Below are positions 31,888 to 32,000 of a DNA stretch of 32,000 nt, one piece after another (position 1 is the stretch's first letter; the number at the start of each line of letters is the position of its first letter). Source of the stretch: Gemmata obscuriglobus. Its GTDB lineage: Bacteria > Planctomycetota > Planctomycetia > Gemmatales > Gemmataceae. The stretch covers positions 5,220,001 to 5,252,000 of the forward strand of contig NZ_CP042911.1 of assembly GCF_008065095.1 (NCBI RefSeq). The letters are read 5' to 3'. Position numbers and translations under genes: made by a program. A model generated the notes under the pieces. The model made no database searches. It was given only the letters and a program-made list of their open reading frames with translations, and was not told the origin of the DNA.

Positions 31888-32000
31888 CGGTGTTCCTTAT
31901 TTTGTTCACCCAGCGCGCGCAAAAGCGCGAGCGGGTAGATGCCGGTGTCGTGCCCGTCGTTCCACTTGATCTGGTACGCGTAGTGACCAACCGGAGTCAT
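31884..32000 (-). CDS. DUF971-family protein, C-terminal 38 codons (partial at window edge)
   Basis: The minus strand reads ...[37 protein letters not shown]. The W.DGH..GIY motif is typical of DUF971. The stop TGA overlaps the apbC ATG (ATGA). Confidence 0.6.
   Translation of the reverse strand: [38 protein letters not shown]

Noticed and set aside
30802-31990. 378-aa plus-strand ORF and 159-aa minus-strand ORF overlapping apbC.
   Set aside because: apbC/mrp on the minus strand has unambiguous Walker A and Mrp motifs. The overlapping ORFs are shadow frames.

Overview
High-GC bacterial chromosomal segment. Gene content and protein motifs suggest a planctomycete, possibly Gemmata-like, but this is inference only. 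It has three zones.

(1) 1-9612 is an accessory region on the minus strand. It contains 19 compact units separated by 18 co-oriented copies of a ~91-nt structured imperfect inverted repeat, and it ends in a lone half-site at 9606-9612. The repeat has the architecture of integron attC sites: 7-nt inverse cores, an unpaired spacer, a stem with two bulged bases on one arm only, and a variable loop. Seven units carry one short promoterless ORF each, including an SMI1/KNR4 immunity-like protein, a lipoprotein and a small membrane protein. Ten units belong to one non-coding 'ORF-less' family with internal ~100-bp sub-repeats, and two are short unique units. One cassette is hit by an IS701-like element with a 5-bp TSD. 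No integrase gene is visible in the window.

(2) 10.2-23.9 kb holds core genes. These are two paralogous zinc-ribbon membrane proteins, larE, an LPS inner-core cluster (lpxK, hldE, a GT9 heptosyltransferase, two Kdo/WaaP-type kinases, a GT4) and a membrane-anchored Ser/Thr kinase.

(3) 24.3-29.1 kb is a pile of three unrelated IS elements: IS66 (frameshifted), IS4 and IS3. It is followed by a lower-GC polytopic membrane protein, apbC/mrp and a partial DUF971 gene.

Many long ORFs in the track are GC-driven artefacts, either through the repeats or antisense to real genes.
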